Origin: a bacterium
GTDB taxonomy: Bacteria > UBA8248
Assembly (NCBI GenBank): GCA_965203325.1
Contig: OZ241875.1
Span: forward strand, 3,392,001-3,456,000
Direction of reading: 5' to 3'
Length of the DNA: 64,000 nt
Position numbers and translations under genes: made by a program. The first letter of the stretch is position 1; each line of letters opens with the position of its first letter. The notes beneath the pieces are model-generated. The model was not told the origin of the DNA and searched no databases. It saw nothing but the letters and a program-made list of their open reading frames with translations. Positions 31,853 through 42,787 of the stretch are shown here, one piece after another.

Positions 31853-32481
31853 ACTGGATGCGTGAGCGGAAAATCAAATCACCGGGTGCAAGGCGCCTTG
31901 CGTTACGCATGGTGTTTATCGGCGGTTTGATGACGGTGCTTTCCGGTTGCAGCCTGGTGGTGTTGCAAGCCGATTACCAGGAGGATAAAGCGCAAAACAA
32001 AAAGGAAGTCGAGTCGATCCGCGGCCAACTTCTCGCTCACACGCAAATTTTGGCGAATCATGGGAAGTCATTGAACGAGTTCAAATTGCAGCTTCGAGAT
32101 ACGGTATCGAATGTTGAGAAAGCTGTGAAGGAATTGAAGGCGAAGCCCAAGATGTCGGTGGTTTCTCCAAAGCCGGAGCGCAAAAAAGAATCTGCTGTGA
32201 AACCTGCCAGTCAGAGCGGAACGTATATGGGCACCAGATACATCCGCCGTACATATCGGGGGTTCTCGCTGAGTTATGCCGGAGGCTATGATGAGCCGCG
32301 CGGCTCCCGTTATCGCTACAGACTCAAACCGGGAACACGCGTAGCTGTTATTTCCGGTGACCGGCGTGGTTTCACGCGAGTGGAGGTCAGTTCGGGCCGC
32401 TGGTCTGGAAAAAAAATGTGGGTACGCACCCGCTGGCTCACGAAGCAGGCCCCGAAACGCGCAAAGGGCGGTAAAAGTTAA
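31849..32481 (+). CDS. Hypothetical lipoprotein (coiled coil plus SH3-like C-terminus)
   Basis: Lipobox LSGC, a coiled-coil stretch, and LKPGTRVAVI...FTRVEV...MWVRTRWL; ATGA overlap with the upstream gene. Confidence 0.7.
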   Translation: MNWMRERKIKSPGARRLALRMVFIGGLMTVLSGCSLVVLQADYQEDKAQNKKEVESIRGQLLAHTQILANHGKSLNEFKLQLRDTVSNVEKAVKELKAKPKMSVVSPKPERKKESAVKPASQSGTYMGTRYIRRTYRGFSLSYAGGYDEPRGSRYRYRLKPGTRVAVISGDRRGFTRVEVSSGRWSGKKMWVRTRWLTKQAPKRAKGGKS

Positions 32482-32483
32482 CG

Positions 32484-33659
32484 CTATAGTTTTTTGAGTC
32501 CCTCGCCGAGGTCGTCTCTCAACACCTCGAAATCTTCGAGTCCCACCGAATATCGAACCAGTCCGGCTGGAACGCCCCGATTCTCCGCGCCTTGTATCCC
32601 GATGTCCGCATACGCCATCTTCACGTGATGCTCCACCTGGCTCTCCGTTCCACCGAAGCCGGGCGCGAGCACGGGAATTTGAAGAGCGTTCACCAACTCG
32701 TCGGCTTTTTCGTGATCGCCATCAGGTTCAAAGCTGATTATCCCACCGAACGCCGACATATATTTTTGGGCTCTGCGATGATCCGGGTGGGACTCCAGAC
32801 CGGGGTAATGAACACGGGAAACCCCGGGGTGGCCCACGAGGAATTCGGCCAGCTTGAGAGCCGTGTCGCTGATGCGCCGAACGCGCAATTCGAGCGTTTT
32901 GAGTCCCCGCTCCACAAGGAACGCCTCCTGCGGCCCGAGAATGGAACCCAGTAATGCTTGTTGTTCACGCAGCGCGTCGATGATGTCCAGACTCCCCGAA
33001 ACTGCACCTGCTACGACATCGTTGTGGCCGCCGATATACTTCGTCGCGCTTTGAACCGCCAAATCGGCTCCGTGCTCCAACGGGCGAAACAAGGCGGGAG
33101 ATGCGATGGTCGAGTCCACGATGAACCTGGCTCCTCTGTTTTGAGCCCATTCAGCCATTTTCTCGATATCCGGTATGCGGAGCATGGGGTTGGAGGGGAT
33201 TTCCGCGAACAACACGCGCACCGGCCCCTCCGGGAGGGTTTCGAGGGATTCCGCTGTATTCTCCACCGGAATTTCGACGCGTACCCCGTAGCGGGTGAGG
33301 AGGCCCTCTGCGATGTCCCTCGTATGTCTGTAGCTCTCCTGGGGGATGACGATTCGCGCATTCGGCGCCAGGAGCGAGAGAAATACCGAAGAGACGGCCG
33401 CCATGCCGCTGGCGTAGAGTAGGGAGGCTTCCGCGCCTTCTTGGAGCGCGAGCCTGCGTTCGGCGGCCTCGTTGGTCGGATTTCCGTATCGCGTATAGAA
33501 AAACGCGTCCGTCTCGCTGCTGTGGAAAGCTTCCAGATCGTCAGAGCTGTCGAAGGTGAACGTCGCAGTCTGGAAGATAGGCGGCGCAAGCGACTTCTTC
33601 ACCTGTTTTCGCTCGTCTCTTCTCATGTTTTTCGACAATGAACTCAACTCCTGTTTCAT
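32484..33659 (-). CDS. Cys/Met metabolism PLP-dependent enzyme (cystathionine gamma-synthase-like)
   Basis: PIFQTATF, YTRYGNPT, ASGMAA, QSATKYIGGHND, RGLKTL, RYSVGLED. Confidence 0.92.
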   Translation of the reverse strand: MKQELSSLSKNMRRDERKQVKKSLAPPIFQTATFTFDSSDDLEAFHSSETDAFFYTRYGNPTNEAAERRLALQEGAEASLLYASGMAAVSSVFLSLLAPNARIVIPQESYRHTRDIAEGLLTRYGVRVEIPVENTAESLETLPEGPVRVLFAEIPSNPMLRIPDIEKMAEWAQNRGARFIVDSTIASPALFRPLEHGADLAVQSATKYIGGHNDVVAGAVSGSLDIIDALREQQALLGSILGPQEAFLVERGLKTLELRVRRISDTALKLAEFLVGHPGVSRVHYPGLESHPDHRRAQKYMSAFGGIISFEPDGDHEKADELVNALQIPVLAPGFGGTESQVEHHVKMAYADIGIQGAENRGVPAGLVRYSVGLEDFEVLRDDLGEGLKKL

Positions 33660-33692
33660 CGGCAGAGCGAAACAATGAAAACCGAGCGGACG

Positions 33693-35036
33693 CTAGCTTA
33701 CGGACAATGCGCCGAGTCTCTTTTCGATGGCGCCTCGAACCATGTCGATGTCTTCAGGGAGCTCGATGGGAGTATTGGCGAAACGGCTATCAACGCCCGG
33801 AATCGCTTTTTGATGATAATTGACCTTGAATTCGGTGAATTTCAATCCATGAGCCGTAGAGATGACGACCACCCGGTCTTGAGGGTTGATTTCTCCGCGC
33901 GCGATTATTTTTTCAAGAGCGGCCAGGGCCACACCGGTCTGGGGACAGTTGTACATTCCGGTCCTGTCCGCGCGCGCGGCGGCGTTCGCCAATTCCTCCT
34001 CGCTCGCCTGCTCCACGGAACCTTCGAATGCTTTCAGGGTTCTTATGGCTCTCTCGATGCTCACCGGATTCCCGATTTGGATGGCCGTCGCCAACGTCGG
34101 TTCGGCCTCGATGGGGTGGAATTCCCGGAAACCCGTCATGAAACTCCGGTACAGAGGATTTGCCTTTTCCGTCTGGGCGCAAACGATACGGGGCAGTTTG
34201 TCGATGAGTCCCAAATCGCGCATCTGCATGAAACCCTTGCCCAGTGCGCTCACGTTTCCCAGGTTGCCGCCGGGAATGATGATTAAGTCGGGAACCTCCC
34301 AATCGAACTGCTGAACGAGTTCTATGCTGATGGTTTTTTGTCCCTCTATCCGAAGCGAATTCATGCTGTTGGCGAGGTATATCCCCTGTTCTTCGCACAC
34401 CTGTCTTACAATCCGCATGCAGCCGTCGAAATCCGTGTCGATGGCGAGCACCATGGCGCCGTTCGTGATGGGTTGAATGAGTTGCGCAACGGATACTTTC
34501 TCGCGCGGCAGAAAGACGATGGCGGGAATATCGGCCGCAGCGGCGTACGCAGCCAACGCGGCGGAAGTATCGCCCGTCGATGCGCAGGCGACGGCGCGGA
34601 GTTTTTTCCCGTCGGCTATCATCTGCTGGGCGGCGGACACGAGGACCGTCATGCCGAGGTCCTTGAAGGAACCGGTGTGACTGTTTCCGCATTGCTTGAT
34701 CCACAATTCACCGATTCCGAGTTCGCGCCCCAGGCGATTCGCCCAGAAAAGGTTCGTACCCCCTTCGTAGAACGAGATGATGTTCTCATCGTCTATCAGC
34801 GGGCAGACCCACTCTTTTTTGCCCCAAACGCCGCTGCCGTACGGCCATATGTTGCGCTGGTAGCGGTCGTCGAATAAATGACGCCACTCCGACGCGCTTC
34901 TCATGCGCAGGGTTTCCAGGTCGTGCGTGACGTCGAGGAGGCTGTCACATTCGCGGCACTGATAAACGGAGTCGAAAATGGAGTATGTTGCCCCGCATTC
35001 GGGATTTATACATTGGAACCAGCAGTTGCAGTCCAT
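33693..35036 (-). CDS. thrC: Threonine synthase
   Basis: [47 protein letters not shown]. Confidence 0.95.
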   Translation of the reverse strand: MDCNCWFQCINPECGATYSIFDSVYQCRECDSLLDVTHDLETLRMRSASEWRHLFDDRYQRNIWPYGSGVWGKKEWVCPLIDDENIISFYEGGTNLFWANRLGRELGIGELWIKQCGNSHTGSFKDLGMTVLVSAAQQMIADGKKLRAVACASTGDTSAALAAYAAAADIPAIVFLPREKVSVAQLIQPITNGAMVLAIDTDFDGCMRIVRQVCEEQGIYLANSMNSLRIEGQKTISIELVQQFDWEVPDLIIIPGGNLGNVSALGKGFMQMRDLGLIDKLPRIVCAQTEKANPLYRSFMTGFREFHPIEAEPTLATAIQIGNPVSIERAIRTLKAFEGSVEQASEEELANAAARADRTGMYNCPQTGVALAALEKIIARGEINPQDRVVVISTAHGLKFTEFKVNYHQKAIPGVDSRFANTPIELPEDIDMVRGAIEKRLGALSVS

Positions 35037-35045
35037 CTCTTCACC

Positions 35046-35075
35046 AAAAGCAAAAGGCGAAGCCCGGCCTCGCCC
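35046..35075 (-). terminator. Terminator-like hairpin just upstream of thrC
   Basis: Minus strand GGGCGAGG-CCGGG-CTTCGCCT followed by TTTGCTTTT. Confidence 0.5.
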
Positions 35076-35167
35076 GAAAGAAAAGAATTATTGCAGAGGC
35101 TTCTCCTGGTGGCAAATTCGCACGTTTATGTCCCGGTGTGCGGTATTCGAATTCCATTCATTCCGTA

Positions 35168-36421
35168 CTACGTCGTGGCCACTTGCGGGACGCGGACCTC
35201 TTTTTCGTTGATGAAAGAGACGAGCACGGCCGCCTGGAGACAAAGATAGGCCGCCAGTGCGAATGCAAGGTTGTAGCTGCCGGTGACGTCATAGATGTAT
35301 CCGCTCAGCCAAGCGCTGAGACCCGACCCGAGTTGGTGGCTGAAAGTGATGAGACCGAAGAGAATCGCCACGTTTCTGGAGCCGAAGAAATCCCCCGTCA
35401 ACGCCGAAGTGAGCGGGACGGTCGCAATCCAGGAGAGGCCGATCATCATGGGCGTGGCCCAGACGGTGAAATCGTTCTTGAAGAAAATGAACAGGACGAA
35501 TCCGAGCCCCCGGAAGGCGTAGATCAGGCTCAAGGGGATTTTTCTGCCGATTTTGTCCGAAAGCGGGCCGACCGCCAGAACGCCCACGGTGTTGAGTCCG
35601 CCGCCCAGGGCGAAGGACGTGGCCGCGACGGCTGCGGAGAATCCGACGTCCGTCGCAAACGGCACCCAGTGGACGGAGACGACCGTTACGGTGAAACCGC
35701 AGGTGAAAAAGCTTGTGAGCAGGAGGACGAACGGCATCTTGGGAAGGCACTGCACCCAGTGCACATCGTAGGGGACGACCATCTTGACGCCGTTGCCGGA
35801 CGTGGATGCGCTCGGGGGGACGTCTTTTGACGAGGGAGCGTTTTTGACGAGGAAGATCGATATGGGCATCAGGGTGAACACGAAAATGACGCCGATGACG
35901 AACGAGGTCATCCTCCAGTCCAGATAGCCGATCATATACGCGAAGACGGGAAGCAATATGAGTTGGCCCATGCTCGAGCCTGCGCTGATGATGGACATGC
36001 CCAGCCCCCGCCGGTCCGGGAACCAGTTCGACACCAGGGGAGTGAAGGCGGTTACGCTGTTGCCGATACCTCCCATCCCCAGCAGGATGCCGAAGAACAG
36101 ATAGACGCCCCACAGAGAGTCGACATAGTAGATTCCCAGCATGGCCATAGTCGTTAATGCCGAGCCCCAGATGATGACCGTCTTGGGGTCCCAGCGGCGC
36201 ATCATGAGCCCGCCCAACGGTTGGGACGCGCCGTAGAGAATCAGGCAAAGAGAAAAGGGGAGCGACAACGAGGCGCGGCTGATGTTGAAATCCGCGATCA
36301 TCGGCTTCAGGAAGAGACCGAATGAATTTCTGGTTGCCAGACCCAGGAACATCATGAAGAAACAGCCGGCCAGAATGTACCAGCCGTAATATATTTTCTT
36401 TTGGGAAGCGTTTGCGCTCAC
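35168..36421 (-). CDS. MFS transporter
   Basis: YYGWYIL, NWFPDRRGLGMSI, LSDKIGRK; about 12 TM segments; GTG start with a GAGG RBS. Confidence 0.9.
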   Translation of the reverse strand: MSANASQKKIYYGWYILAGCFFMMFLGLATRNSFGLFLKPMIADFNISRASLSLPFSLCLILYGASQPLGGLMMRRWDPKTVIIWGSALTTMAMLGIYYVDSLWGVYLFFGILLGMGGIGNSVTAFTPLVSNWFPDRRGLGMSIISAGSSMGQLILLPVFAYMIGYLDWRMTSFVIGVIFVFTLMPISIFLVKNAPSSKDVPPSASTSGNGVKMVVPYDVHWVQCLPKMPFVLLLTSFFTCGFTVTVVSVHWVPFATDVGFSAAVAATSFALGGGLNTVGVLAVGPLSDKIGRKIPLSLIYAFRGLGFVLFIFFKNDFTVWATPMMIGLSWIATVPLTSALTGDFFGSRNVAILFGLITFSHQLGSGLSAWLSGYIYDVTGSYNLAFALAAYLCLQAAVLVSFINEKEVRVPQVATT

Positions 36422-36590
36422 AGGTACCTCGATATCCGTAAGGTGTGGGTGGTTTGCATTTGCGCTAGAGTTTATAACATTCATGGATGAAAGACACGCT
36501 CCGGTGCGCATATACACGAAATGCGCCGCGGGGTCTTCATGCTTTTCGCTGCATGGCGAAGATATGGCTGAATAACGAGGAGGGTTTCCC

Positions 36591-37928
36591 TTGGACGCGC
36601 CGAAATTCGTGGTTCCCCACCCCGGCCCCAAAACTCAGGCTGAGCTTGAACGCCTCAGGAGGGCGGAGAGCCGCGCCGCCCTCAGTTTCGGGATGAGTCC
36701 GGAGACCGTCGTGGTCGAGCGCGCGCAAGGGGCGGTGATCGAGGACGTCGACGGCAATTTCTTCCTGGATTTCGTCGCCGGCTTCGGTTCCCTGAACGCG
36801 GGTCATTGCCACCCCAGGGTCGTCTCGGCGTTGCGGCAACAGGCCGGAGAGGTCCACCAGGCCATGTCGCTGGGCTCAAAAGTGCGGAACGAACTTTTCG
36901 ACAAAGTTCTCTCTTTGCATTCCGGCGCGGCGCCCAAGAGCATGATTCTCGGCTCCTCGGGCAGCGAAGCCGCCGAGATCGCTCTCAAGATGGCCCGCCG
37001 GGCGACGGGTCGCGATGAGATTGTCGCCTTTACGGGCGCGTTCCACGGGAGGACTTTGGGAGCCGTGGCCCTGATGGGCAGAAAAAACCAGAGAGAGGGG
37101 CTGGGGACGCTCGTCCCGGGGGTTCATCACGTTCCCTATCCATACCCCTATCGAAACCCCTTCGGCGATGGCCCGGAGAAATGCGCCGAGGGGACGCTTC
37201 GCTACATCAACGAGTTTCTCGATAATCCCGTGAGCGGCTGGGGTGAGGTGGCGGCCGTCATCATCGAGCCGGTTCAGGGAAACGGCGGCATGATTCCGGC
37301 CCCCATCGGGTTTTTGAGCGGGCTTCGCGAGGCTTGCGACCGCCACGGGGTATTGCTCATCATCGACGAGGTGATGAGCGGGTTTTGCCGTACGGGAAAA
37401 ATGTTCGCCTACGAATATGAAGATATCGAACCGGATCTGATCGTGATGGGAAAATCGATTTCGGGCGGGTTGCCCCTCGCCGCCTGCGTTGCGAAAAAAG
37501 AGATAGCCGACGCCTCGAATCCCGGGACCGAGAGCAGCACCTATGCCGGAAACGTCATGGCGTGCGCCGCCGGCCTGGCTTCCATCGAGGTGTATGAGGA
37601 GGAAAACCTCGCCGAGCGCTCCCTGGAGACGGGCGCGTATTTCATGAGGAGGCTGGAAGAACTCTCCGAGCGCCATTCCATCGTCGGCGAGGTTCGCGGT
37701 CGCGGGCTGATGGTAGCGGCCGAACTGGTTTCCGACCGGACGACGCGCGAGCCTTTGAGCGTCGCCAGGAAGGCGAGTGCCATGGCCTTGAAAAAGGGCC
37801 TTCTCATCTATCCGGGAGGACACCACGGGAACGTCCTGGCGTTTTTGCCTCCTCTGATTATCGATAAAGAACAGGTCGATACGGCTGTCGGCATCGTGGA
37901 TGAGGTGTTGCTCGAGCTGGATGAATAA
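36591..37928 (+). CDS. Class III aminotransferase (4-aminobutyrate aminotransferase-like)
   Basis: DVDGNFFLDF, SGSEAAE, FHGRT, IEPVQGNGG, DEVMSGFCRTG, MGKSISGGLPL. Confidence 0.92.
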   Translation: MDAPKFVVPHPGPKTQAELERLRRAESRAALSFGMSPETVVVERAQGAVIEDVDGNFFLDFVAGFGSLNAGHCHPRVVSALRQQAGEVHQAMSLGSKVRNELFDKVLSLHSGAAPKSMILGSSGSEAAEIALKMARRATGRDEIVAFTGAFHGRTLGAVALMGRKNQREGLGTLVPGVHHVPYPYPYRNPFGDGPEKCAEGTLRYINEFLDNPVSGWGEVAAVIIEPVQGNGGMIPAPIGFLSGLREACDRHGVLLIIDEVMSGFCRTGKMFAYEYEDIEPDLIVMGKSISGGLPLAACVAKKEIADASNPGTESSTYAGNVMACAAGLASIEVYEEENLAERSLETGAYFMRRLEELSERHSIVGEVRGRGLMVAAELVSDRTTREPLSVARKASAMALKKGLLIYPGGHHGNVLAFLPPLIIDKEQVDTAVGIVDEVLLELDE

Positions 37929-38009
37929 CGGCTTGGCGCAGGGGGCGATACCAACGTACGAGTTTGTGTTAAGATGCGCCCAGTGTTCCCGCCGCTTTTG
38001 AGGTATGGG

Positions 38010-39338
38010 ATGCGGAGGAAGCTTTACAAACGAATCCATTTGGCGGTTCTGCTCACTCTGGTGACGGTCGGGGCGATGCTGACCCTCTACCACGCCACCG
38101 CTGCGCAAAAGACGCCTCCCGTCTTGGTGCTGGACGTGGCCGACGCCATATCGCCGGGCACTTCCGAGTACATCGCATTCGGCATCGAGGAGGCCGCCAG
38201 GAGGGGGGCGCAACTCCTCGTCATCCGCCTCGATACCCCCGGCGGTCTGGTCACCAGCACGCGCGATATCGTGAAGGCGATATTCGGTGCGAGCGTTCCC
38301 GTGGCGGTATACGTCGCTCCGGGAGGCGCGCGGGCCGCCTCCGCCGGCACGTTCATCACCATGTCGGCCCACATCGCCGCCATGGCGCCGGGCACGAACA
38401 TCGGCGCCGCTTCGCCCGTTTCGGGCGGGGGGAAGCAGATTCAGGGCGATATGCGCAAGAAGGCGATGAACGACGTGGCCGCTTTCGCGCGGGCGGTGGC
38501 CTCGCGCACCGGGCGCAATACCGAGTGGGCGGAGAGTGCGGTCCGCGAGGCGATATCCGTGGATGAGGCCGAAGCCCTGAAGCAAAAAGTCATCGATCTG
38601 GTGGCCGCGGACGTGCGGTCGCTTCTGCTGGCGGTGCATGGCAAAGAAATAAAGCTCGCCGGCGGCGACACCGTCACCCTCTCGACCAGGGGGGCGGAGC
38701 AAATCGTGCTCGAGCGAAGCTGGCGCCAGAAAGTGCTCACCCTTTTGAGCGACCCCAACATCGCCTACATCCTGATGCTCCTGGGGATGTACGGGTTGTT
38801 CTTCGAACTCTCGAATCCCGGCTCCATACTGCCCGGCGTGGTGGGCGCCATCAGCCTGCTGCTGGCGCTCTACGCCCTCAAGGTCTTGCCGGTGAACTAT
38901 GTGGGGCTTCTCTTGATGGGACTTGCCGTCATCATGTTTCTCCTGGAGATCCAGGTGGTCAGCTACGGGGGTCTGACCATCGGCGGAATCATCGCCATGA
39001 CGCTCGGTTCGGTCATGCTCATCGACTCGCCGGACCCCTATCTGCAAATCAGCCTGAAGGTGATTCTGCCTGCTGTCGCCGGAACGGCCTTTTTCTTCGT
39101 CTGGCTCGTGGGGATGGGCTTTCGCGCCCAGCGGACGCGGCCGGTCTCGGGCTCGGAGGGGATGCTCGACCAGTCCGGCGTCGTGAGCGCATTATCCGGA
39201 GAAGGGTCGCCGGCCCAGGTTCGGGTGCACGGCGAGATATGGCTGGCGGACTCTCGGGAGCCACTGGAAATCGGGGACAGAGTCCGCGTGGTCTCGGTGG
39301 AGGGCCTCAGGCTCCGCGTCGAGAAGGAGGGTGCATAA
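38010..39338 (+). CDS. NfeD family membrane-bound serine protease
   Basis: LDTPGG, ARAASAG, MAPGTNIGAA, TM bundle, C-terminal OB fold VHGEIW; start uncertain. Confidence 0.93.
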   Translation: MRRKLYKRIHLAVLLTLVTVGAMLTLYHATAAQKTPPVLVLDVADAISPGTSEYIAFGIEEAARRGAQLLVIRLDTPGGLVTSTRDIVKAIFGASVPVAVYVAPGGARAASAGTFITMSAHIAAMAPGTNIGAASPVSGGGKQIQGDMRKKAMNDVAAFARAVASRTGRNTEWAESAVREAISVDEAEALKQKVIDLVAADVRSLLLAVHGKEIKLAGGDTVTLSTRGAEQIVLERSWRQKVLTLLSDPNIAYILMLLGMYGLFFELSNPGSILPGVVGAISLLLALYALKVLPVNYVGLLLMGLAVIMFLLEIQVVSYGGLTIGGIIAMTLGSVMLIDSPDPYLQISLKVILPAVAGTAFFFVWLVGMGFRAQRTRPVSGSEGMLDQSGVVSALSGEGSPAQVRVHGEIWLADSREPLEIGDRVRVVSVEGLRLRVEKEGA

Positions 39339-40130
39339 ATGAATTGGAGTTTGATCATCGCTGCTATCATCATCTTGTTGTTCTTCGCGAGCGCCATCCG
39401 CGTCCTGAACGAATACGAGCGCGGCGTCATCTTCCGGCTGGGGCGCTTCCATTCCACCAAGGGGCCCGGCCTCATCATCGTGCTTCCGGTGATCGACCGC
39501 ATGACCCGCGTGGGCCTGCGGCTGGTGACGATGGACGTGCCGCCGCAGGATATCGTCACGAAGGACAACGTGTCGGTGAAGGTGAACGCCGTGGTCTACT
39601 TCCGCGTGCTGACGCCCGAGCGCGCCGTCATCGAGGTGGAGGATTTCCTCTACGCCACGGGCCAGTTGAGCCAGACGACGCTTAGGAGCGTGCTGGGCCA
39701 GATGGAGCTTGACGATCTGCTCTCGGAGCGCGAGAAGATCAACACCCAGCTCCAGGAGCTCCTCGATCACGCCACCGACCCCTGGGGCATCAAGGTCACC
39801 AACGTGGAGCTCAAGCACGTCGACCTTCCCGGCGAGATGCAGCGCGCCATCGCCCGCCAGGCCGAGGCCGAGCGCGAGCGCCGCGCCAAGGTCATCCACG
39901 CCGAGGGCGAATACCAGGCGAGCGAGCGGCTTTCCGAGGCCGCCGCCACCATCGCCACGGCCCCGGGCGCGCTCCAGCTCCGCTTCCTGCAGACGCTTTC
40001 GGAAGTCGCCACCGAGAACAACTCCACCATCGTCTTCCCCTTGCCGCTCGACCTGCTCAAGCCCTTCGTGGACAGGCAGACGGGCGGGGACGACGCGCCC
40101 AAAGGAGAGATAGAGGCCGGCGGTGCATAG
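39339..40130 (+). CDS. Stomatin/slipin (SPFH) family protein
   Basis: [42 protein letters not shown]; directly abuts nfeD. Confidence 0.95.
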   Translation: MNWSLIIAAIIILLFFASAIRVLNEYERGVIFRLGRFHSTKGPGLIIVLPVIDRMTRVGLRLVTMDVPPQDIVTKDNVSVKVNAVVYFRVLTPERAVIEVEDFLYATGQLSQTTLRSVLGQMELDDLLSEREKINTQLQELLDHATDPWGIKVTNVELKHVDLPGEMQRAIARQAEAERERRAKVIHAEGEYQASERLSEAAATIATAPGALQLRFLQTLSEVATENNSTIVFPLPLDLLKPFVDRQTGGDDAPKGEIEAGGA

Positions 40131-40468
40131 CGCGCAAACCCGGGCAGTTGCGGGCAAATGCGCGGGTTCCCAAAAACTTTTTTTGCCGCTATATCTGAGT
40201 GTGATACGCTCAGATTTATGTGATAATCCGTTTTATTACAATCGTTTATCTGTACATCATTTTTCAGAAATTTATCGAAAAACCCCGTGAATTTATCGGA
40301 TTTTACGGGAAATATGATTATTTGCATTTTCAACGTCCCCCTTGCATCCACGAACATGATTTCTCTCCTCAAAACGATTCGCGCCCCTTCCTGATGAGCG
40401 CGCGTGGGCGGCGATTACCCCTTTTCTTCGCCGCGCGCACGATACCGGAATCCGCCATGTCAGAGAGT

Positions 40469-40491
40469 ACGGCAATTGCGGGGAAATGCGG
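40469..40491. repeat. 23-bp repeat X, copy 1
   Basis: ACGGCAATTGCGGGGAAATGCGG, one mismatch to 44314-44336; degenerate copy at 40142-40162. Confidence 0.8.
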
Positions 40492-40662
40492 GGTGAGGGC
40501 TTGGTTGGAGAAAAGTCCATAACCCGACTTTTAGAATGCTTTTGAGAGAAATTGACGTTGTTGAGTTGGAAAGAGTGAAAGGTAAATCAAAAAACGGAGA
40601 AAATGATTTCCCGCCCGCCTCCGGTGGTTCACTTTTCGTGGTGAACGCATAGGGGTGTTGCG

Positions 40663-41334
40663 TCATCCACCCGCGAGCTTCGCGGCTTCACGAATCGCGT
40701 GGGTCAGGCGGCCTACGGTAGTCGAAGGGTTTCCGTATGGATTACCCCCCTGTTCTCGGTTTTCAAGCTGTCTTTTACTGCGCTCTTCGGCATCTTCGAC
40801 TCGGGCGAGCATCTCGTCGCAGTCGGGCGTTTTTGCACCACTCATGTCATATTCCGGTCGCAGGGATTCAAGGATTTTTTGCATCTCATGGCGATCTTCG
40901 GCCCGGTCGTGATCAGTCTCGTGCAGAACCAGCCAAAGCTCGAAACATGGGTTGGAACGGCCGACGTGGACGCCGCCTCGTTCGCAGAGCGTCACCGCTT
41001 CGTCGAAACGAGGATGCTCGTCTCTGTCGAATACCGCCCAGACCTGATCGTTTTCCTCGAACGAATCCTTTTTCCTGCGACTGCGTGGGTCGAGTCCCAG
41101 AGATCGTGCGAGTTTGACGGCATTTTCTGCGATGGTGTAGGGAACGCCTATAGCAGGGTTAGTTTCTACTTCTACTAGGGTGTCTCTATAGGCGCGTTTG
41201 AGCGCACCGAAATAGGCTGGTTCCGTCTTCTTTCCCTCACAAAACAGGATGAAGCGGCGTTTCGGTTCCTGTATATAGCGGCGACGCCTAGGGTTCGGGA
41301 CGTCGCGCCAAGCGGCCCTAGTTCGCCGCGCCAA
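40663..41334 (-). CDS. RloB / AbiLii-like TOPRIM-fold protein
   Basis: LFCEGKKTEPAYF, VWAVFDRD, SNPCFELWLVLH, NPSTTV; likely TTG start overlapping the ATPase end. Confidence 0.88.
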   Translation of the reverse strand: MARRTRAAWRDVPNPRRRRYIQEPKRRFILFCEGKKTEPAYFGALKRAYRDTLVEVETNPAIGVPYTIAENAVKLARSLGLDPRSRRKKDSFEENDQVWAVFDRDEHPRFDEAVTLCERGGVHVGRSNPCFELWLVLHETDHDRAEDRHEMQKILESLRPEYDMSGAKTPDCDEMLARVEDAEERSKRQLENREQGGNPYGNPSTTVGRLTHAIREAAKLAGG

Positions 41335-42598
41335 GAGTTGAACCAGTAGCCGTGATGGAATCGATGAAGGGAACTCCACCGTAGCGGCCCTGCAGATATC
41401 CTTTTTCGATATTATCGCCCTTGCGGGTTCGGATGTCGGTCAAGGGATAGAGTCGGGTAGCGCCTTCGTTGTCTTTTTCAATGAACCAGACCTCATCACG
41501 CCGGAGTAAGGATGATTTCAGCAAGTTGGTGTCGTGGGTCGTCGCAATGAGTTGCGCGCCTTTGGGATTGCTCTCCCGCGAGCAGAATAGTTTCAGCACG
41601 GCTTCAGCAGCTTGGGTGTGCAGGCTGGCGTCCAGTTCATCAATGAACAAGGGCGTGCCCTCGTCGAGCGCGTGAAATGCGAGAGCAAGCACGATCAATA
41701 ACCGCCGCGTTCCAGCGCTCTCACTGTCCAACTCGAGATAGAACGGCTCACTACCCTGCCCACGATGGGCGAGTTCGATGGTAACATGCTTATCTTTAAC
41801 CTCCGGTGGTTCGGAGCCGCCTATCTTCTTGAACAACGTGAATAGTTCCCTTTGAATTCCTTGCATTTCTTCTGAAAGTTCGGATTCTCTTTGTCTGTAG
41901 CCGATGACCCCGGTATCAATCTTTCCAAGGAAGTCGATTACCCGGTCATCCTGTTTTTCCTCGGCCAATCGTGATGAAATCGCCTCCTTGGGGACGCCGA
42001 TGCTCCAGTCGGCGCGGAGGGATCTAAAGTACCCGAATACTTCTGAAAGCTGTTCGTGGCCGTTTTGGGCCGTCGCGGAAACGAACAGGCTATTGGGTCT
42101 CGTCAAGCCCGCGATGACTTTGTTTTGTCCCTTCAATCCGCGTCCGAAACGAAATTCATCCCCGGTGCGCTCGAACAACGTCTGGCGATGGGACTTGGGA
42201 AAGGCGTACAGCCATTCGGACTCGAACGCCGTATCTGAGACCTCGAAGCCGTAGTGGTGCCGCACGCCGTCGATGAGAAAATCGATATCGAAACGAGTCG
42301 GTAGCCGGGGGCCGTCGTCATCGAGCCTGAAAGGATGGCGCGGAACATCGCCATCTGCTTCCCAGTGGGTTTGTGAGTGCAACACCATGCCTCGCATGGT
42401 GCTTATCGCGTCAATGAGGTTGCTCTTGCCCGACGCATTTGCGCCGTAGATGACGACCGCCGGTAAAACCGAGCCACTCGGAGCCGCCGCGCAGTCGATG
42501 AGTTCTTCTTGCCGCTCTTTCAGCGAAGACGCTGCAAGCGACAATTCCTGGTAATCGCGTATGGAGAGATGGTTGGAGACGCCGAAGTGAAGCAACAT
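41318..42598 (-). CDS. AAA_21 / RloA / AbiLi-like ABC-type ATPase
   Basis: IYGANASGKSN, ESAGTRRL, FIDELDASLH, QLIATTHD, YLQGRYGGVP. Confidence 0.9.
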   Translation of the reverse strand: MLLHFGVSNHLSIRDYQELSLAASSLKERQEELIDCAAAPSGSVLPAVVIYGANASGKSNLIDAISTMRGMVLHSQTHWEADGDVPRHPFRLDDDGPRLPTRFDIDFLIDGVRHHYGFEVSDTAFESEWLYAFPKSHRQTLFERTGDEFRFGRGLKGQNKVIAGLTRPNSLFVSATAQNGHEQLSEVFGYFRSLRADWSIGVPKEAISSRLAEEKQDDRVIDFLGKIDTGVIGYRQRESELSEEMQGIQRELFTLFKKIGGSEPPEVKDKHVTIELAHRGQGSEPFYLELDSESAGTRRLLIVLALAFHALDEGTPLFIDELDASLHTQAAEAVLKLFCSRESNPKGAQLIATTHDTNLLKSSLLRRDEVWFIEKDNEGATRLYPLTDIRTRKGDNIEKGYLQGRYGGVPFIDSITATGSTLGAAN

Positions 42599-42787
42599 GA
42601 CAATTATCTCCTTTTTTTGACATTTAATATGCCAAGAAAAAGGTTAATTTGAGAAAATATAACATTTTATCAAGTAAAATTGCAATATCTTTGCATCGAA
42701 CCTGCCCCTGCGCGCCTTCCTCGCGTTTTGGGTTCGACCCTCAAAGGGGAGTATTTTCGCCGACGACCGGAGAGGGATTTTGCTCTT

